Positions 39,994 through 53,245 of a DNA stretch of 64,000 nt are shown in pieces. A program made the position numbers and the translations under genes. Source of the stretch: Bigelowiella natans CCMP2755 (lineage: Eukaryota; Protista; Cercozoa); contig ADNK01000741.1 in assembly GCA_000320545.1 (NCBI GenBank), positions 42,914 through 106,913 of the forward strand, written 5' to 3'. The first letter of the stretch is position 1; every line of letters starts with the position of its first letter. A model generated the notes under the pieces. It was not told the origin of the DNA. It was given only the letters and a program-made list of their open reading frames with translations, and ran no database searches.

Positions 39994-40659
39994 TAGCAGT
40001 AGCAGCAGTAGTAATAGTAGTAGTAGTGATAGTTAGTTGTTTGTTTCAGGAAGTAGGTAGTCAGGTAGTCCTAATAAGGAAGTAACATTGGGAAAGGCAT
40101 GATGGTGCTTTGGTTAGTAGGCACACATCACTTGTACATCGGTAGCGGTATGGGTACACACACACACACACACACACACGTATACATGTGTATGTGCGTG
40201 CCATGCACAACATGCACATGCATTAACTCAGTAACAATACATGTAGGAAACTACTTGGAAATACTACGAACCAAATATATCTCATTGGAAATGACAACAA
40301 CAACCAAAACAACAACAACAACAACAACAAAAATAACACAGCAATGGGTATCTGCAAGTGGGGTACGTGTATCTCATTATGCAAGCACACTTTGATCTAT
40401 TTTACATGATTTTTCAAAGAAAATTCTAGTCGTATTTTTAGTTGCGACTTGACTTTCGAGATCCTTTTTAAAGAGATAAGACAAGCCCAAGCAGCAACTC
40501 GATTCCCATTATTCTTGTTAAATTGAAGGGGTGAGCTAGGACTTGATATTCCTCGACTTAAGTCATCTCCCACATACCTGAACAAACGAAAACGGGTCAA
40601 ATATTAATCACCTATTCTACCATTATTGTCTATTACGCTGTTTCTCCTATCAGCAATTC

Positions 40660-42180
40660 ATGTCTACCTCCACCCGACGTCTCCTCGCGATTCCGAAATC
40701 CTTTTGCATCATAGACCCTCATGTCCACTACTGGACACCTCGACATTTTAGGTACATGGTTATACTACTATATATAATCATTGTTAAATCGTAACCAGTA
40801 AAGAGACGTGTATCCCGCTACTCATACTAAAATTTGTCGAAATTCGTGTATGGATGATTAAAACGATATTTTTTTTTAAAGTTGGCTCGAAGGACTGCGA
40901 ACTTCTGGGGATTGGAAGGCCAACTCAGGGCGTGAATTCCTACCGTCTACATACCTTGAAGAGACTCGGCCTCTGAACATTGAGCAAACAGTTCACATTC
41001 AGGCCAACTGGACGGTATGCTTATCTGAAAAGAAAATAGAAAGGGTGTCGGGAAACGAAGTACTTTGTCCTTCTCTGTCTTGACCTTTCCTGCGATATTA
41101 ATGGCCAGAATATCATACTCTTGATTCTTTTCGTAGATAAACAATTTTATCTTATTGTTATTAAACGTAACCACCAATGTGCCAGGGAGAGGACTGTGTC
41201 GGGGAGACAGAGTGGGAACAGCAACTAGCGGGCAAGAAGAGAAATATGGTAAGCAGCGTGCATATTACTTACACGAGGAAATATTTCTATCCTCAAAATA
41301 GTTGGAACTTTTTACTTATGCAATAAACTGTTGCTGTCTTCTTTTTTATTTCAGGGGCATCCACATGCAATATGCAGCTATGCACCATTGCATCGACCTC
41401 AAGAAGCAGAGGAGATACTCGAGAGGCATTTTGCCTACCCTAACTTTAGGGGCATACGCTTCATGTTGGACTTTGATCAAAACACGCCAGAAATGTGCCA
41501 GGTGAGTTCAGAAAAAGATTTGGGACGTCTGTCTCAAGAATTAAATTCTTATCACTTCCAACGATGTACAGGAGCAGCAAGTAAATAAAGGATGTTGACT
41601 CCGTAGCCTGTGATTCAAAATATAGGGGGACAATACTGCCTTAGTTTGGCATATTTTAGCAACATATTTATGTATCATAGTTCTCAATATGGTATGATTT
41701 ATTTATTTTTCCGTGATCGATGTTGCCCAGACGGATCGTGACTACATCAACGACCCTGAGTTTCTTTCTGGAATGAAGTTGCTTAATGACTACCAAGGCC
41801 AGATTTTCGAGTTACAAGTTTGCCAGGTATGATATTCTGTTCTTATTAATAACTAATAGCTATTTTCATTTGTATTGATAGTAGATGTCATTCTCACCCC
41901 TTTAAAAACTTTTATTTTTTCACATATTTCATATGCCAGAGCCAGCTAACTCGTGCTGCAGAATTGGTGAGCAAGTTTCCGGATTTGAACTTCATACTCA
42001 ATCATGCTGGATTTCCCCTTTCTGGAGAGGATAAACGTGTTCAATGGCTTGAGGGGATTAACGCCGTCGCCCAAAACGAAAACGTATACGATTGCACTTG
42101 GTGTTGTTATGTTTGTGTTTATATGTCTGGAATACATGAAGCTACCTTTCTGTTCTTCAAGAAGAAAACTTACGCCTATT

Positions 42181-42220
<40 letters not shown>

Positions 42221-42261
42221 ATAGGATATATGTGCATGTATATTATATGTATATATTTAAT

Positions 42262-42296
<35 letters not shown>

Positions 42297-42787
42297 CTGA
42301 TGTGTCGACAATGCTCACTGCCAATGTTACGCTAGGCATATGTGAAAATCTCTGCACTTGGTATGTGGGAAGGAGGATGGTCGGGTGTTGATAAGATTAC
42401 GGGTACGATAGAAGATACGTTATTGGCATTTGGGCCAAATCGAAGCATGTTTGCGAGTAATCTTCCCATCGACAAGGTATTGAAATATACTATGTGAAGG
42501 CAAGAGAGCTTTTGAATATCTAAAGCGCCTAAATTCACCATGTGTTCCCTTACGCTAATACACTCTATCAGGAGGTGACGGGAGATGCCGTCGGCATCTT
42601 CGATGATTTTTACCGTGCAGCAAAGGGAAAGCTCAAGTTAAAAATGCAGGACATTGAAGCACTTTTCTTCCACAACGCATCCATCCTTTATAAGCTGCAT
42701 TGCAAGCACGGTGACAATCTCCGTGACAATAATGCACCAGAAGTTTGGGGTGGATATGGAGTCCTCGACGATAAAAACAATAGATAG
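40660..42787 (+). CDS. Amidohydrolase family 2 protein (sugar-lactonase-like)
   Basis: IIDPHVHYW, FRGIRF, FELQV, SKFPDLNFILNHAGFP, YVKISALG, FGPNRSMFASNLPIDK, LFFHNASILYKL. Confidence 0.88.
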
Positions 42788-43185
42788 TGCTGTGTTATCC
42801 GCTATCAAATGGCAATTACCAGTGTTGAGGTTGACACACCAACAGCAGTCCAAGCTCGCCGGAAGTTTCATACATCTTTAAACATGATGTATGCGGAACT
42901 CCGTGTAGTATGTGAGCGCTGAAATAATGATTCTTAGTTATTTTTTTCACCATGTAAAGTTGCTACGACAGCATGCTTTAGTGCCATGTAGCACCGGGCT
43001 GAGCATCAAGCTCAAATCTAGAAATGTTGAGAAACACCGGATTTGTGCGCAATAGCAAAATATAAATTGCGGGGAGGTCTCGAATGTGCAAATTGAAATA
43101 TTTCTACATTTGCTAGCATAGCAGGCGACATCAATCAATGTCTAGATTTGCACCGCATTCTGAGCATTGCTAGATTGGTCAAATT

Positions 43186-44344
43186 CATGCTTGGTTGTCC
43201 ACTTTGGAGGCAAAAGTGGTCACGATCGACGCAAAATGTGATGCTTGAGAGCGCTGCCAAAAGCCAAAGTTGCGATTGCGCGAAATGACATGGCGGGGAA
43301 AAATCGCGAACGCAGCGCAGCATGAGAATGAACACGTGCAATTGGGTCAGCGAATCAAACATGTGCATGGCAGATGCGAGAGCAATCGGAGGCAAGTCAG
43401 CAAATTGCAAAATGAAGCGCGTTTTGAAATGCCTCAAAGAAAATTTGCATGCACACATGTTGCATTGAATGATTTCACATTGAAAAAAACGTGCAGTTGA
43501 GATTGAAACAGTGTGGCAAAAAAGGATGAACAGACTGTGGATGGAGCTTTTTCTCATCAGGAAAGCGATGAGACGTGCAGAAGTGGTCCATTTTTTTTTT
43601 TTTCATTTTGTCTTCAGTTCATCTGCATCGCGAGCAATCGCGATGTGAGCGTTTTTGCACGCTTCAGAACAGAATCGTGCCTTGCACGCGGTGCTCTTGT
43701 GGACCAAGCAATCCTTGTGGATTGTGGCAAAACCACGGCATTCAGCACATCGGTCCTTCTCGGAAGGCAAGATGGGCTTCTCGCACACGTGACACATCGG
43801 AGGATCGGACGTGCGGCGCTTGATGGACTTGCCTGCAGTCTTGGTGGTCTTGGCCTTCTTCGCAGGAGACACTCTGGCACGCAATGTGAGAGGGCGTTTC
43901 TCACCTGAGAAGTGCATGAGTTGCGAACACACCAGCACGTGAGCAACAATCAAAGTGCATTGTTCACCTTTGCCTTTGGTTGGACTGACACTTTTCTTGG
44001 CGAGCTCGGTCAGAGGGGCTTCGTCGGAGTCGGAGTCACCATCGGGCTTCTTCTCCCCAGAACGGCCAAGGTCATGCCAGTGATTTCAAAAACGATGAAG
44101 GGCACTGTGCTTGGTCAAGATGGCATTGAACTTGGTCTGGAAGAGCTCTTTCTGAGAAGATGGATCTTGCTTTGCAGTCGTGGTGTGGACTTTGGCCTTG
44201 GTGAGGTCAGTCATCACCTGGTGACGGTTCAACTGAGTGCAATTGCGTGTGTTGTGCAACGATGCACATGCATCGAACCCTTGCGCCCACCATGGGCACC
44301 TCGCGGCGCGTGGTTCTTGCCTCCAAAGTGGACAACCAAGCATG
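43186..44344. mobile_element. Non-autonomous DNA-transposon-like element with perfect 28-bp terminal inverted repeats
   Basis: CATGCTTGGTTGTCCACTTTGGAGGCAA (43186-43213) is the exact reverse complement of TTGCCTCCAAAGTGGACAACCAAGCATG (44317-44344). Confidence 0.75.
43603..44280 (-). pseudogene. Gene fragment with a PHD-like Zn finger, inside the TIR element
   Basis: ...GDSDSDEAPLTELAKKSVSPTKGK|GEKRPLT...MCHVCEKPILPSEKDRCAECRGFATIHKDCL...FCSEAC, with an apparent GT-AG intron at ~43906-43967; no Tyr codons. Confidence 0.5.
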
Positions 44345-45308
44345 CCCAAAGTGTCATGTTGCCAGCTAGCCAGCATCAAATCACAAAAACGGCTTCACAA
44401 ATTGCTGAAACTTGTTTGCGTTTGCACACTTGGCGGCGCGGGGGTGTGCCGACACAATGATCGGCATGCTGTGCATGCTGGCATGGCATGTGCCAAAATT
44501 CGATTCGGTGTTCAGTGCTCCATGCAGCGAAATGCACAGCATCTCAACATTGCGAACTCATCGCTTGTCAGCCACATCCGGCATCGCATGCAAACCATTT
44601 CATCAGTGTAGCTGCCATGACTGTGGCGCGCGCGTCGCTTGATCTGCTACAGTGCCATGCATGGGCGGCGTCGCATGACCATGTTTCAGCTTTCATTCAT
44701 GCCCATTGTTCTTGCTTGCACGTTGACGCACCCGTGCGATTGCTAAGAGCCTAAGTGCATGTGGCTAGATGGGTGCATGTGTGTGTGGCTCTTTGCTAGT
44801 AGTTCAATGCTCTATCATTACTAGCTAAGAGCCTGAGTACACACAGGCATCATGCACACATGTGTACGTGGCTCTTTGATCATAGTCAGGCTAGCTAGCG
44901 GGCCTATAGAGGTGCAATTCAAGCTAGCAAGGCATGCTCATCATTTAGAAATACCGGAATGGTGTGTTGCAACGGATCGTATGCACACGTGTGACAATGC
45001 GAACAAAACGCAGCTCACTTGTCCATTGGATCAACGCCCGCAAATTGCACGCGAGCCTTTCAGCTCGCTAGGCGGGAAGACTTTTCGCATTCATCATGCA
45101 TGCAAAGGGTTTATCTAGTCATGTTGTAATCACGGCAACATTGTGGTTTTGCAAATGTGCCATCGATGCATGCACCTGGCCGACCGCATGTATTTTTGTC
45201 AGCACTGGCACCAAAAATCAAGTTGAACATCGAACTTTAAATATATGAGATCGCGCAGTCTCTGCCAACAGTCTAATAACTAATGTACCAGATGCCCTCC
45301 TCGATATA

Positions 45309-45815
45309 TTACTTGGCTTGCCTGACGAGATGCATATGATTTAAGGAATAATCTTCACTTTATCCAGGAGTATGATTTATATAATATGAATCCTTATTTT
45401 TTTAAATGATCTCGGTACATACATTTTTTGCTTTCGGCGATCCGCACGCATTGTAGCATGGTATCCAGACTTGATAGGAGCAACTGAGCGACGCGATCCA
45501 CAAAAACTGCAGTCAAGGAAGTACAACCTTGTCATCGGATCACGCGATAGAGTTGTCTCGGGGCTTCGGCACATCCGACAAGTGACGTATTCGACTAGAA
45601 GATATAAGATTTCAATGATGATTGTGTTTTTCCTGGCCATTCAGTAATGAAACTTACAGATATATTTTCTGAGGAGACTCTCTATTTGTTTCGGAACATA
45701 GCGGCCTTTGATAACCAGGCGGCCATTACCATCATTAGAGGCACTTGCACCAAGCTCTGCAAGAACATAGGCTTGCATATGCTCACTATTACGTTTAAGC
45801 CTGAGAAATTCACGG

Positions 45816-45880
<65 letters not shown>

Positions 45881-46469
45881 ACTGGCAATTTTTCGTTTGA
45901 TGCTCTCATACAATGATGACAATTACAGCTTGCATATTTGCGGGAAGTTGGTCCAGCATGTTCTCCGTGTCCCAATACGCTGAAGCTGGGGTGGGGGAAT
46001 CGTATGCTTTTTCTTGACATTGAGATTTGGGTTGTGGACTAACAAGAGTTTGAAACACCGTTCTAGAAGCTGTTTAAAAATTAAGCTCAGTAAACATGGA
46101 AACGAAGTTTTTCCAAAAAAGTTACCCCTGTGTATGGGTAATCAGCATTTGAAACCATTGCTTTGTTCTCCTCGGAAGCTACATCTGCAATATGATCCAA
46201 ACTTCTCAATATTATTCATGATGTTGAATCATGAGAGCATACCTGCTTTAGCCTCCACAATTTTCTTCTTCTTTTTCTTCTTTTTTTTGCGCGTCTTCAG
46301 CGAAGCCTCGAATTCTGCCAACTACAAATTGAAATATTTTAATTGTGACCGTAGTAAAAACATAGAAACAATTTGAAAATTAACATTGATTCTTTAGTAC
46401 ACATACGTCGGCTTGGTCATCTGCAATGGAAGCGGCAGGCTCCGCTGCGGGGACTTCTCTGTCGGCCAT
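45309..46469 (-). CDS. EIF2S2: Translation initiation factor eIF2 beta
   Basis: Poly-Lys box ([11 protein letters not shown]), [58 protein letters not shown]|[14 protein letters not shown]...[10 protein letters not shown]. Last exon MQAK*. Confidence 0.95.
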
Positions 46470-46875
46470 TTTAGATTTAAGTATCATGTTCTTGACAAAA
46501 AAAGCATACAATATTTTCTTATTGACATATTTTATTTTGCGACATGCATATTGGCAAGTATTTTTCAATATGTGTACATCATATTCCTTTCAACTATGAG
46601 CCACAGCAGCACATACTGGACTTATGGAGATGAAGGAAATTCAGGCAAGATATTCTGAAAATACGTCCTACGTTTTGAATGATATTCACACCCTTACCAA
46701 GATTTCCAATAGTTTTTCCAGAATTTTGTTTTTCATTAAATGCCATTTATTATTATTTGACGACAAGTCACATTTCACCCATCTCACCGTCTTAATCCTC
46801 CCGCACCTCAGCCGCCCGCCCGCAACTTGCGCTCGAACTGAAGCAACTTTAGAAGACAGGGAAGGAAGTGAAACA

Positions 46876-48077
46876 ATGGCTGCAACTGTGTATGTGTCGT
46901 CGATCTCTTCGTTGATCTCACAGGAACAAATCCAGCAGCTTTTTGAGGCATGCGGGATTATCAAGAGTTGCGTACTTTCGAAAGGTAAGATGATCTAGCA
47001 CCTACAAGAAGCCAAACGTTTTAATATTCCAAATTAAGTTGAGAGGCTTACAATAGTTATCATGTCTATGGTCCTTTTCAAGGTTCTGATGGGAAAAATT
47101 CGGCTGTGATTGAATATACCGACCCCGTCCACGCTACCGCAGCTGTGGTAGAAACGCGATCACAATATCTCTATTCTATGATGATGATTATGTGACAATA
47201 CTTTGGTTGCCTAAGGCGCTATCTGGAACTTATCTCGGAGATGGCATGTTCACAGTATCAAGCCAGCCTCCAAAGCCCGTGGCCCCAAGTGTTGCCCCGG
47301 GAGGCATTATGCCTGGGATGATGTTATCCGGTGTTGTTCCTTCCCAGCCCCAGCAGCAGGTTGTTCCGAATGTGCATATGATGCAGCAACAGCAGCAGCA
47401 GGTGAGTGACACTACTATTATCTATCAAAGGTTCTTGTTTGTGGATTAGAGAGGAGACTTACGTTCTTCCATATGTAGGCACCAACAGGTGGGCTTAGCG
47501 CGTCGGCCCAGAGCACCCAGGAGGCACTTCTCGCAGCTCAATTGAAAAGGGAAGAGGAAATCTCAAGGACAATTTACGTAATTGCAAATAAAAACGCACG
47601 ATTTTACTAGAGTGATGATTATATGTGGAAATGTTACCTCATACTCACATGAAAGAAGCTAGAATAATGATAATGACGATGATTGATGGATGATGATACT
47701 GATACCAAAAAAACCATTGAAGTATCAACTTGCTTTGTCACTAGAAGATTGTGGAGATAATTGTCTTGATCTCCAGGTTGGCAACTTGCGCCCAGAAATA
47801 TCTGAGGATATGTTATCCGATTGGCTGTCGAAATGTGGAGAAGTTGTCTGTGTGAAGCATTGCAACAACACTGTCGGGGGTAGTACAGATCTATTAATGA
47901 TTATGAAAAAACAAGAAGTGTCATCACGATGATGTGGATCTAGAAACGACGCGAGCCAACTGACACAAAAGGAAACACACATATATTGACAGTACAGTCT
48001 TCGATATAGCTAAATTTCAAAAATAGTACAGTTACGAATATTTTCGCTTATACACTCTTGTATGTAATCTGTGAGTG

Positions 48078-48113
<36 letters not shown>

Positions 48114-48118
48114 TGTTA

Positions 48119-48182
<64 letters not shown>

Positions 48183-48909
48183 TCTTGTGGATAATATGTA
48201 GTGGATTCGGCCCTCAGTCGATTCTAATCGCGCAATCGTTGTTTGTTCAGAGGGAGAGAACCGTGTGCGTTATTCATTCGTTGAATTCAAGACCCGCGAA
48301 GCCGCTATGACAGCACTAGGGATAGGGGGAAGTCTCTTAGCAGGAAGGCCAATTAAAGTAGGAAAAGCTCTCAATCCTATCATTAAAAACTCGAAGACAT
48401 TGAAGAAAACCGCTGAGGTGAAGAAACTCCCGGAATCGTCGGAGATTATGCAGAGAGTTTTCCAGATCAAGGAACGGCTGGGTACGACGAATGCAATTAA
48501 TTAATTCGACAACGTTTATCACTCTTTCGTGTTATTATTCGTGTGAACATGTCATAAATATCCGTTCTCTCCAATCTACATAAAGACGACATTTTGCACG
48601 ACATTGATGTAGGAGGTGTTTTGAGAACTAAGAATTGGTGCTGTTTCTTATTAAATAATATGCTATGTGCAATTGGTGGACAAACGGACGATGGCAATGA
48701 TATGATGACGGGATCTTCTAGACAGGAAATTGCGGCTGCTGGATAGTGGTGGTGGTGGTGGTGGTGGAGACAAGGCGGACGGAGACGGAGAGAGATCAAG
48801 GTCAAGATCTCGAGACAGACGCCGGCGAGATAGATCTCGTGAACGTGCCGGTGGGCGACGACGACGCTCTAGATCAAGAGAGCGGCGGCGTCGTAGACGT
48901 GACGAATAA
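46876..48909 (+). CDS. Two-RRM protein with a C-terminal RS domain (SR-like splicing factor, SRSF11/SREK1-like)
   Basis: TVYVSSISSLISQEQIQQLFEACG; SRTIY|VGNLRPEISEDML..CGEV; RYSFVEFKTREAA..AL..GSLLAGRPIKV; tail RSRSRSRDRRRRDRSRER...RRDE*. Confidence 0.85.
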
Positions 48910-49399
48910 TTACCATGCTACCAGAAAGCGAGTAGATGTGCAAGATACAGCAAAATATCGGTATCACGTACATCATTACATGTGAGACACTAGGTGTCAA
49001 AAGCAAATCAAAAGTTGACAAAAAATACTGAAACTTCTTCTCCAATTTGAAATTTACTACTGGCACAAAATATTAGTTCATTTATTGAAATTTGAAACTA
49101 TCACCCTGCGCATCTAGATGCTCAAGATCTGGCGCATGTACTACTTTCGATCAATGTAGTAATGAATTCACAGCGAGCTCATAATTTCCATGCAAGCGTC
49201 GCTGATGTCGTCGCATCACGCTTATACATTATTATGCTACAGTACGACTAACCGTAATATTTTTTAGCGCCGCATTGCAGCATGCGCCATCTGGACAATG
49301 TAGTCTATCTAATTCATTGAAGGTCGATGGGATGGTGTGCCACATTGTGTTGCTTGTGATTGCGTGCGCACGTGCTCTAAGTGTCAAAGCTAATCCTGA

Positions 49400-49960
49400 A
49401 TGATGTGATAAGAGAATCGGAAATGCGCTGTGAATGCACTGTCTAGCTGCGCAAACATCACCATGGCCAAAGAATTTCACTTTTCATCCTTCATCACCAT
49501 CAATGACTTCACAGTTGCCAGCATCCGAGCGAAACCTTTCTTTGCACTTGACAGGCGACCTCGAGCACTGTGTGCTAGATCATTTCCTCGTCTTCCTCTT
49601 GGTCTGTTGTGATTTCGTTGAGTTGTGTTTTTCGGCGACTCGTTCAGAACGTTTTTTGGATTTTTTCTTCTTGCTGTGTGCTTTCCTGTTTTTTTGCTTC
49701 TGCTTCAGTGTTGATCGCCTTGGAGCAGGAAATTGCTTCTGCTTGATGTTGAACGGTAGCTCACGCTCGACGTGTTCAAAAATGCTTTCGTGCACAAAAT
49801 CTGGATGGTCTGGAAATTTCAGAGAAGTTTTCAGCAAAACTCTGACGTTCTCGCTTGTGGCCTCATTGTGTTTTCTCTCAATTGTGCTCGACGAATCTGA
49901 GCTTCGAGACGACCCACAAGAGCAGTGCCGGTGCAGAATTGGGACAGCATCATGGCAAGA
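49400..49960. other. TpA-depleted domain 6 (short; overlaps the 3' half of the minus-strand ORF)
   Basis: Only GCTAG (~49575) and GGTAG (~49757) read in ~49450-49960. Confidence 0.8.
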
Positions 49961-50125
49961 GTAGCAATACCAGTAGGAAGATGAATGAATCATTTCGTCA
50001 ACACGTTGACTTTCGAACTGTGAGATGACTGGACGGGAACCCAAAAGAAGCCTGCTAACGGTACTTGGACAGCCCTTCCCAGTTCCTATCCTAAGTCGTA
50101 GCATTTTTCTCGCTGCATTTTCCAT
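49580..50125 (-). CDS. Small basic protein with a RanBP2-like Zn finger; possibly being pseudogenised
   Basis: MENAARKMLRL...YWYCYSCHDAVPILHRHCSCG followed by a Lys-rich tail; divergent from RPL18. Confidence 0.4.
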   Translation of the reverse strand: MENAARKMLRLRIGTGKGCPSTVSRLLLGSRPVISQFESQRVDEMIHSSSYWYCYSCHDAVPILHRHCSCGSSRSSDSSSTIERKHNEATSENVRVLLKTSLKFPDHPDFVHESIFEHVERELPFNIKQKQFPAPRRSTLKQKQKNRKAHSKKKKSKKRSERVAEKHNSTKSQQTKRKTRK

Positions 50126-50304
50126 TTTTTTGAATATCATGAGAATCACAAGAAACGGGCTTAGAATCATAGACGCTTCTAAGAATTGACCACGATATTT
50201 TAAACTTTATGATATTAACCTATTCCTGCCATAAGACAAGAGATAACTTAGTTATCTCCTAATAAATTGGCTCGCACTATCAGGAATTTCTCCGTTTAAT
50301 TCTC

Positions 50305-50344
50305 CGCTAGCGGACCACAAACACGCTAGCGGACCACAAACACG
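50305..50344 (+). repeat. 19-bp tandem duplication just upstream of the RPL18 ATG
   Basis: CGCTAGCGGACCACAAACA x2. Confidence 0.8.
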
Positions 50345-50351
50345 ACTGACA

Positions 50352-51398
50352 ATGGTGCCACTCTAACAAGACCCCATGATGCACACCATTCCCAGCATGC
50401 TCCTCATCAATCATAAATACTGACGATTAATTATTGAATTAAAAAATTAGGGAATTGATCTGAAGGCTGGTGGGCGTGTGAAAAACACCCAGCGTACAGC
50501 TCCAAAGAGCGAGAATCCTTACCTTCTGCTCCTTGTGAAGGTAGACACTTGTTCTTGTTCCCTTATTCGAGATGATTTAAAATATTGTTTATCTACAGCT
50601 CTATAGATTTCTTGCTCGCAGGACGGACGCAAAGTTTAACAAAGTTGTTCTCAAGAGACTTTTTATGTCTCGTGTCAACCGTCCTCCAATGTCTATTTCC
50701 CGCGTGTCAAAATTCATGAAGGTAATTTTCCTACCACTAATATGACATCCATCATATTTTATTGTAGAATATAAAACGAAATATTATAATTGAGGTCTAT
50801 GAAAAATGAACGAATGGTAGCAGAGTATAAAACGGAGAAATAATGACCCTCAGAGGGACCTTCCACATCATATTGATTGAATTATGAACCTTTACTGGAC
50901 TCGCAAGTTGTATTACTGAGAGCTTCCTCAAATAATTAAATGCAAAAATATAATGACATCTCACATGCAAATGATATTAAATCCATTCCCGTACAGTAAT
51001 TGTGTTGCAACGGCACTAATTTTTGGTTTACCTGAATGAACAATTAGAGCAAGGAAGGAAAGATCGCTGTGGTAGTAGGAACTATCACCGACGATGTTCG
51101 TGTGCTGGATTGTCCAAAACTCCGCATCTGTGCGCTCAAATTTACTGACTCAGCACGGGCACGAATCCTACGCGCTGGGGGTGAATGTCTGACCTTCGAT
51201 CAGCTTGCACTAATGTGTCCAACTGGAGAAGGAACTGTTCTTCTTCGTGGACCCAAGAATGCTCGTGAGTCTGTCAGACACTTTGGCGCTCCTGGGGCAT
51301 CTGGCTCTCACGTTAAGCCTTATATTCGTTCCAAGGGACGTAAGTTCGAGAAAGCACGTGGGCGCAGGAATTCTAGAGGTTTCAAGGTTAAGGCTTAA
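50352..51398 (+). CDS. RPL18: 60S ribosomal protein L18 (eL18), 4 exons
   Basis: ATG|intron|[30 protein letters not shown]|[30 protein letters not shown]...|[10 protein letters not shown]...[21 protein letters not shown]. Confidence 0.98.
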
Positions 51399-52425
51399 GG
51401 AGTTCGCGTTTGATGAGAATGCAAATCCTCCCTCTAAATATTGCGTACAACGTAATGCGGCCGGAAAAGCAGTAGCATATTTACTGAATAAATATCTTAC
51501 GTCTGTTGATTGGTTGTGCCTTAAATTCGAACTGACACGTAATACAAATGACTTAACAAAAAAACTCTTGAAGGGTGAATTCATCATAAAATATGTAAAG
51601 CAAATATTTGCGCCGAGGCTGCATTATGCAAAAAAAATTTGCGCCGAGACATGTGCAAGTGGGTCAAGCTGCTGTGACAGCTGTTGGCAGTCACTGCCAC
51701 TGCTGCTAGACTGGACTGAAAACAGAGATGAGTTTCATTATCAAGGCGTCGCATCGCGGGTGGAACAAGCGCATGGATAGGTACGGTGGTGGGCTAACAG
51801 CTAGTGCCAGAGTGGGGGAAAATGAACGCCGCCAGGCTGCAACGTGACTGGCCGGTGTTCATTCTAGCATTCCCCCCCACCGCGCACCCATCCATGCTCT
51901 CATTCCATTCGACATGTATTCGACGTCGTGATGATGAAACTCATCGCATCCAGAAAGCCATGCGAACGCGCACGCTAGCACATGGGACATAGGGAATGAT
52001 GACACAGCACCCGAGCCCCTTGATGTACAGATTCGCGGCTGTCGCACATCGCATCATCGTGCTCAGCAGCTAGCGTGACAAAGGCTAATCTAGCTAATGA
52101 CAAGGATGACTACTCACGCCTCATCTGCTAGTCATGGCCTGGTAGATGTCGATGCTTCGATGTCTGCACCGTGTACATGCGTTTTGCATTTGCTTCTTGT
52201 TAGCTTGTCATCATGCTCAGTTCAAAAAATTAAACATATGCGAGAGTACACAGTTGCCTGCCCGCCACACCTCAGCTAGCTCAGCTACTACACAGCTAGA
52301 CAGGCTGCATGCGATGCGCGCAGACTGTCACCGCTAGACCAATAGCAATGGAAAGAAGCAAAAGTGAATGAAGCAAATTTCATCGGATGTCCAAATGAGA
52401 ACATGTACGATGTATAATAGACACA

Positions 52426-52521
52426 GCAATACACTATATATAATATATATATTGTGTATTGCATGTCTATCATAAGTACACTATATATAATATATATATT
52501 GTGTATTGCATGTCTATCATA
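52426..52521 (+). repeat. TA-rich ~46-bp tandem duplication with an internal hairpin
   Basis: TACACTATATATAATATATATATTGTGTATTGCATGTCTATCATA x2; the first copy is bracketed by GCAATACAC...GTGTATTGC. Confidence 0.85.
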
Positions 52522-53245
52522 TGTTCACACATGACGCTTCTAAATTTGTTGCCATTTGAAGCAACAGTTGCCCTTTGGCATCCAACTACTATCGTACTGA
52601 TGCGAACAGCTCTGAAGCTTCATGCCATCATTTTGTGACGGACCTGAGTTGTTGGGGGACAACATATCAGCAATTGTTCCAACATTCACAAGTTTTGTTG
52701 TCACATCTCAGTTTTTTTTTAAAAAAGGGAAGAGTCCAAAAAATTGATCAAGCTTTTCCACCACAATTCATTTTCTTGTTCATGTGATGCATTTTGAAAC
52801 AATGAAACGCGATTTTTTTACATTGCAAGAAAATGTGAAAAGTTTACAACTGTTTCATTGTCCTCATGTTGCAATTTTTTCATGGTACCAAGATGACAAA
52901 GAAAAAGATGATTGATGACTTAGTGACGAAAACCACAATGATTAAGACGACGAGACGAAATGAATTTCACCATGGATTGCACCATCTTCTCCATTTCTGG
53001 TACACGTACACAAATGATTCTTTGATGGGGTACCTACACAAAACGAAATTGAACATTGAACAATGAACAGACACTGGGAAATCATTCCACAATTGTGATC
53101 ATGATGCCATGTGAATTTCAGTAGCTTGAACAATAGCTATTGTGCGTTGTAAAAAGAAGACAAGTTTTAATTGTACGTGAGTTCAGCAGGGACAAACTAA
53201 ATGAAAAGTGAGTTGTCAACCATGATTGGAAGCATGATCACATAC

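Larger units (their letters stand above)
43130..45230. other. TpA-depleted domain 5
   Basis: No TA read in ~43175-44364; CTAG clusters towards the edges. Lies between the convergent amidohydrolase and eIF2-beta 3' ends. Confidence 0.92.
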
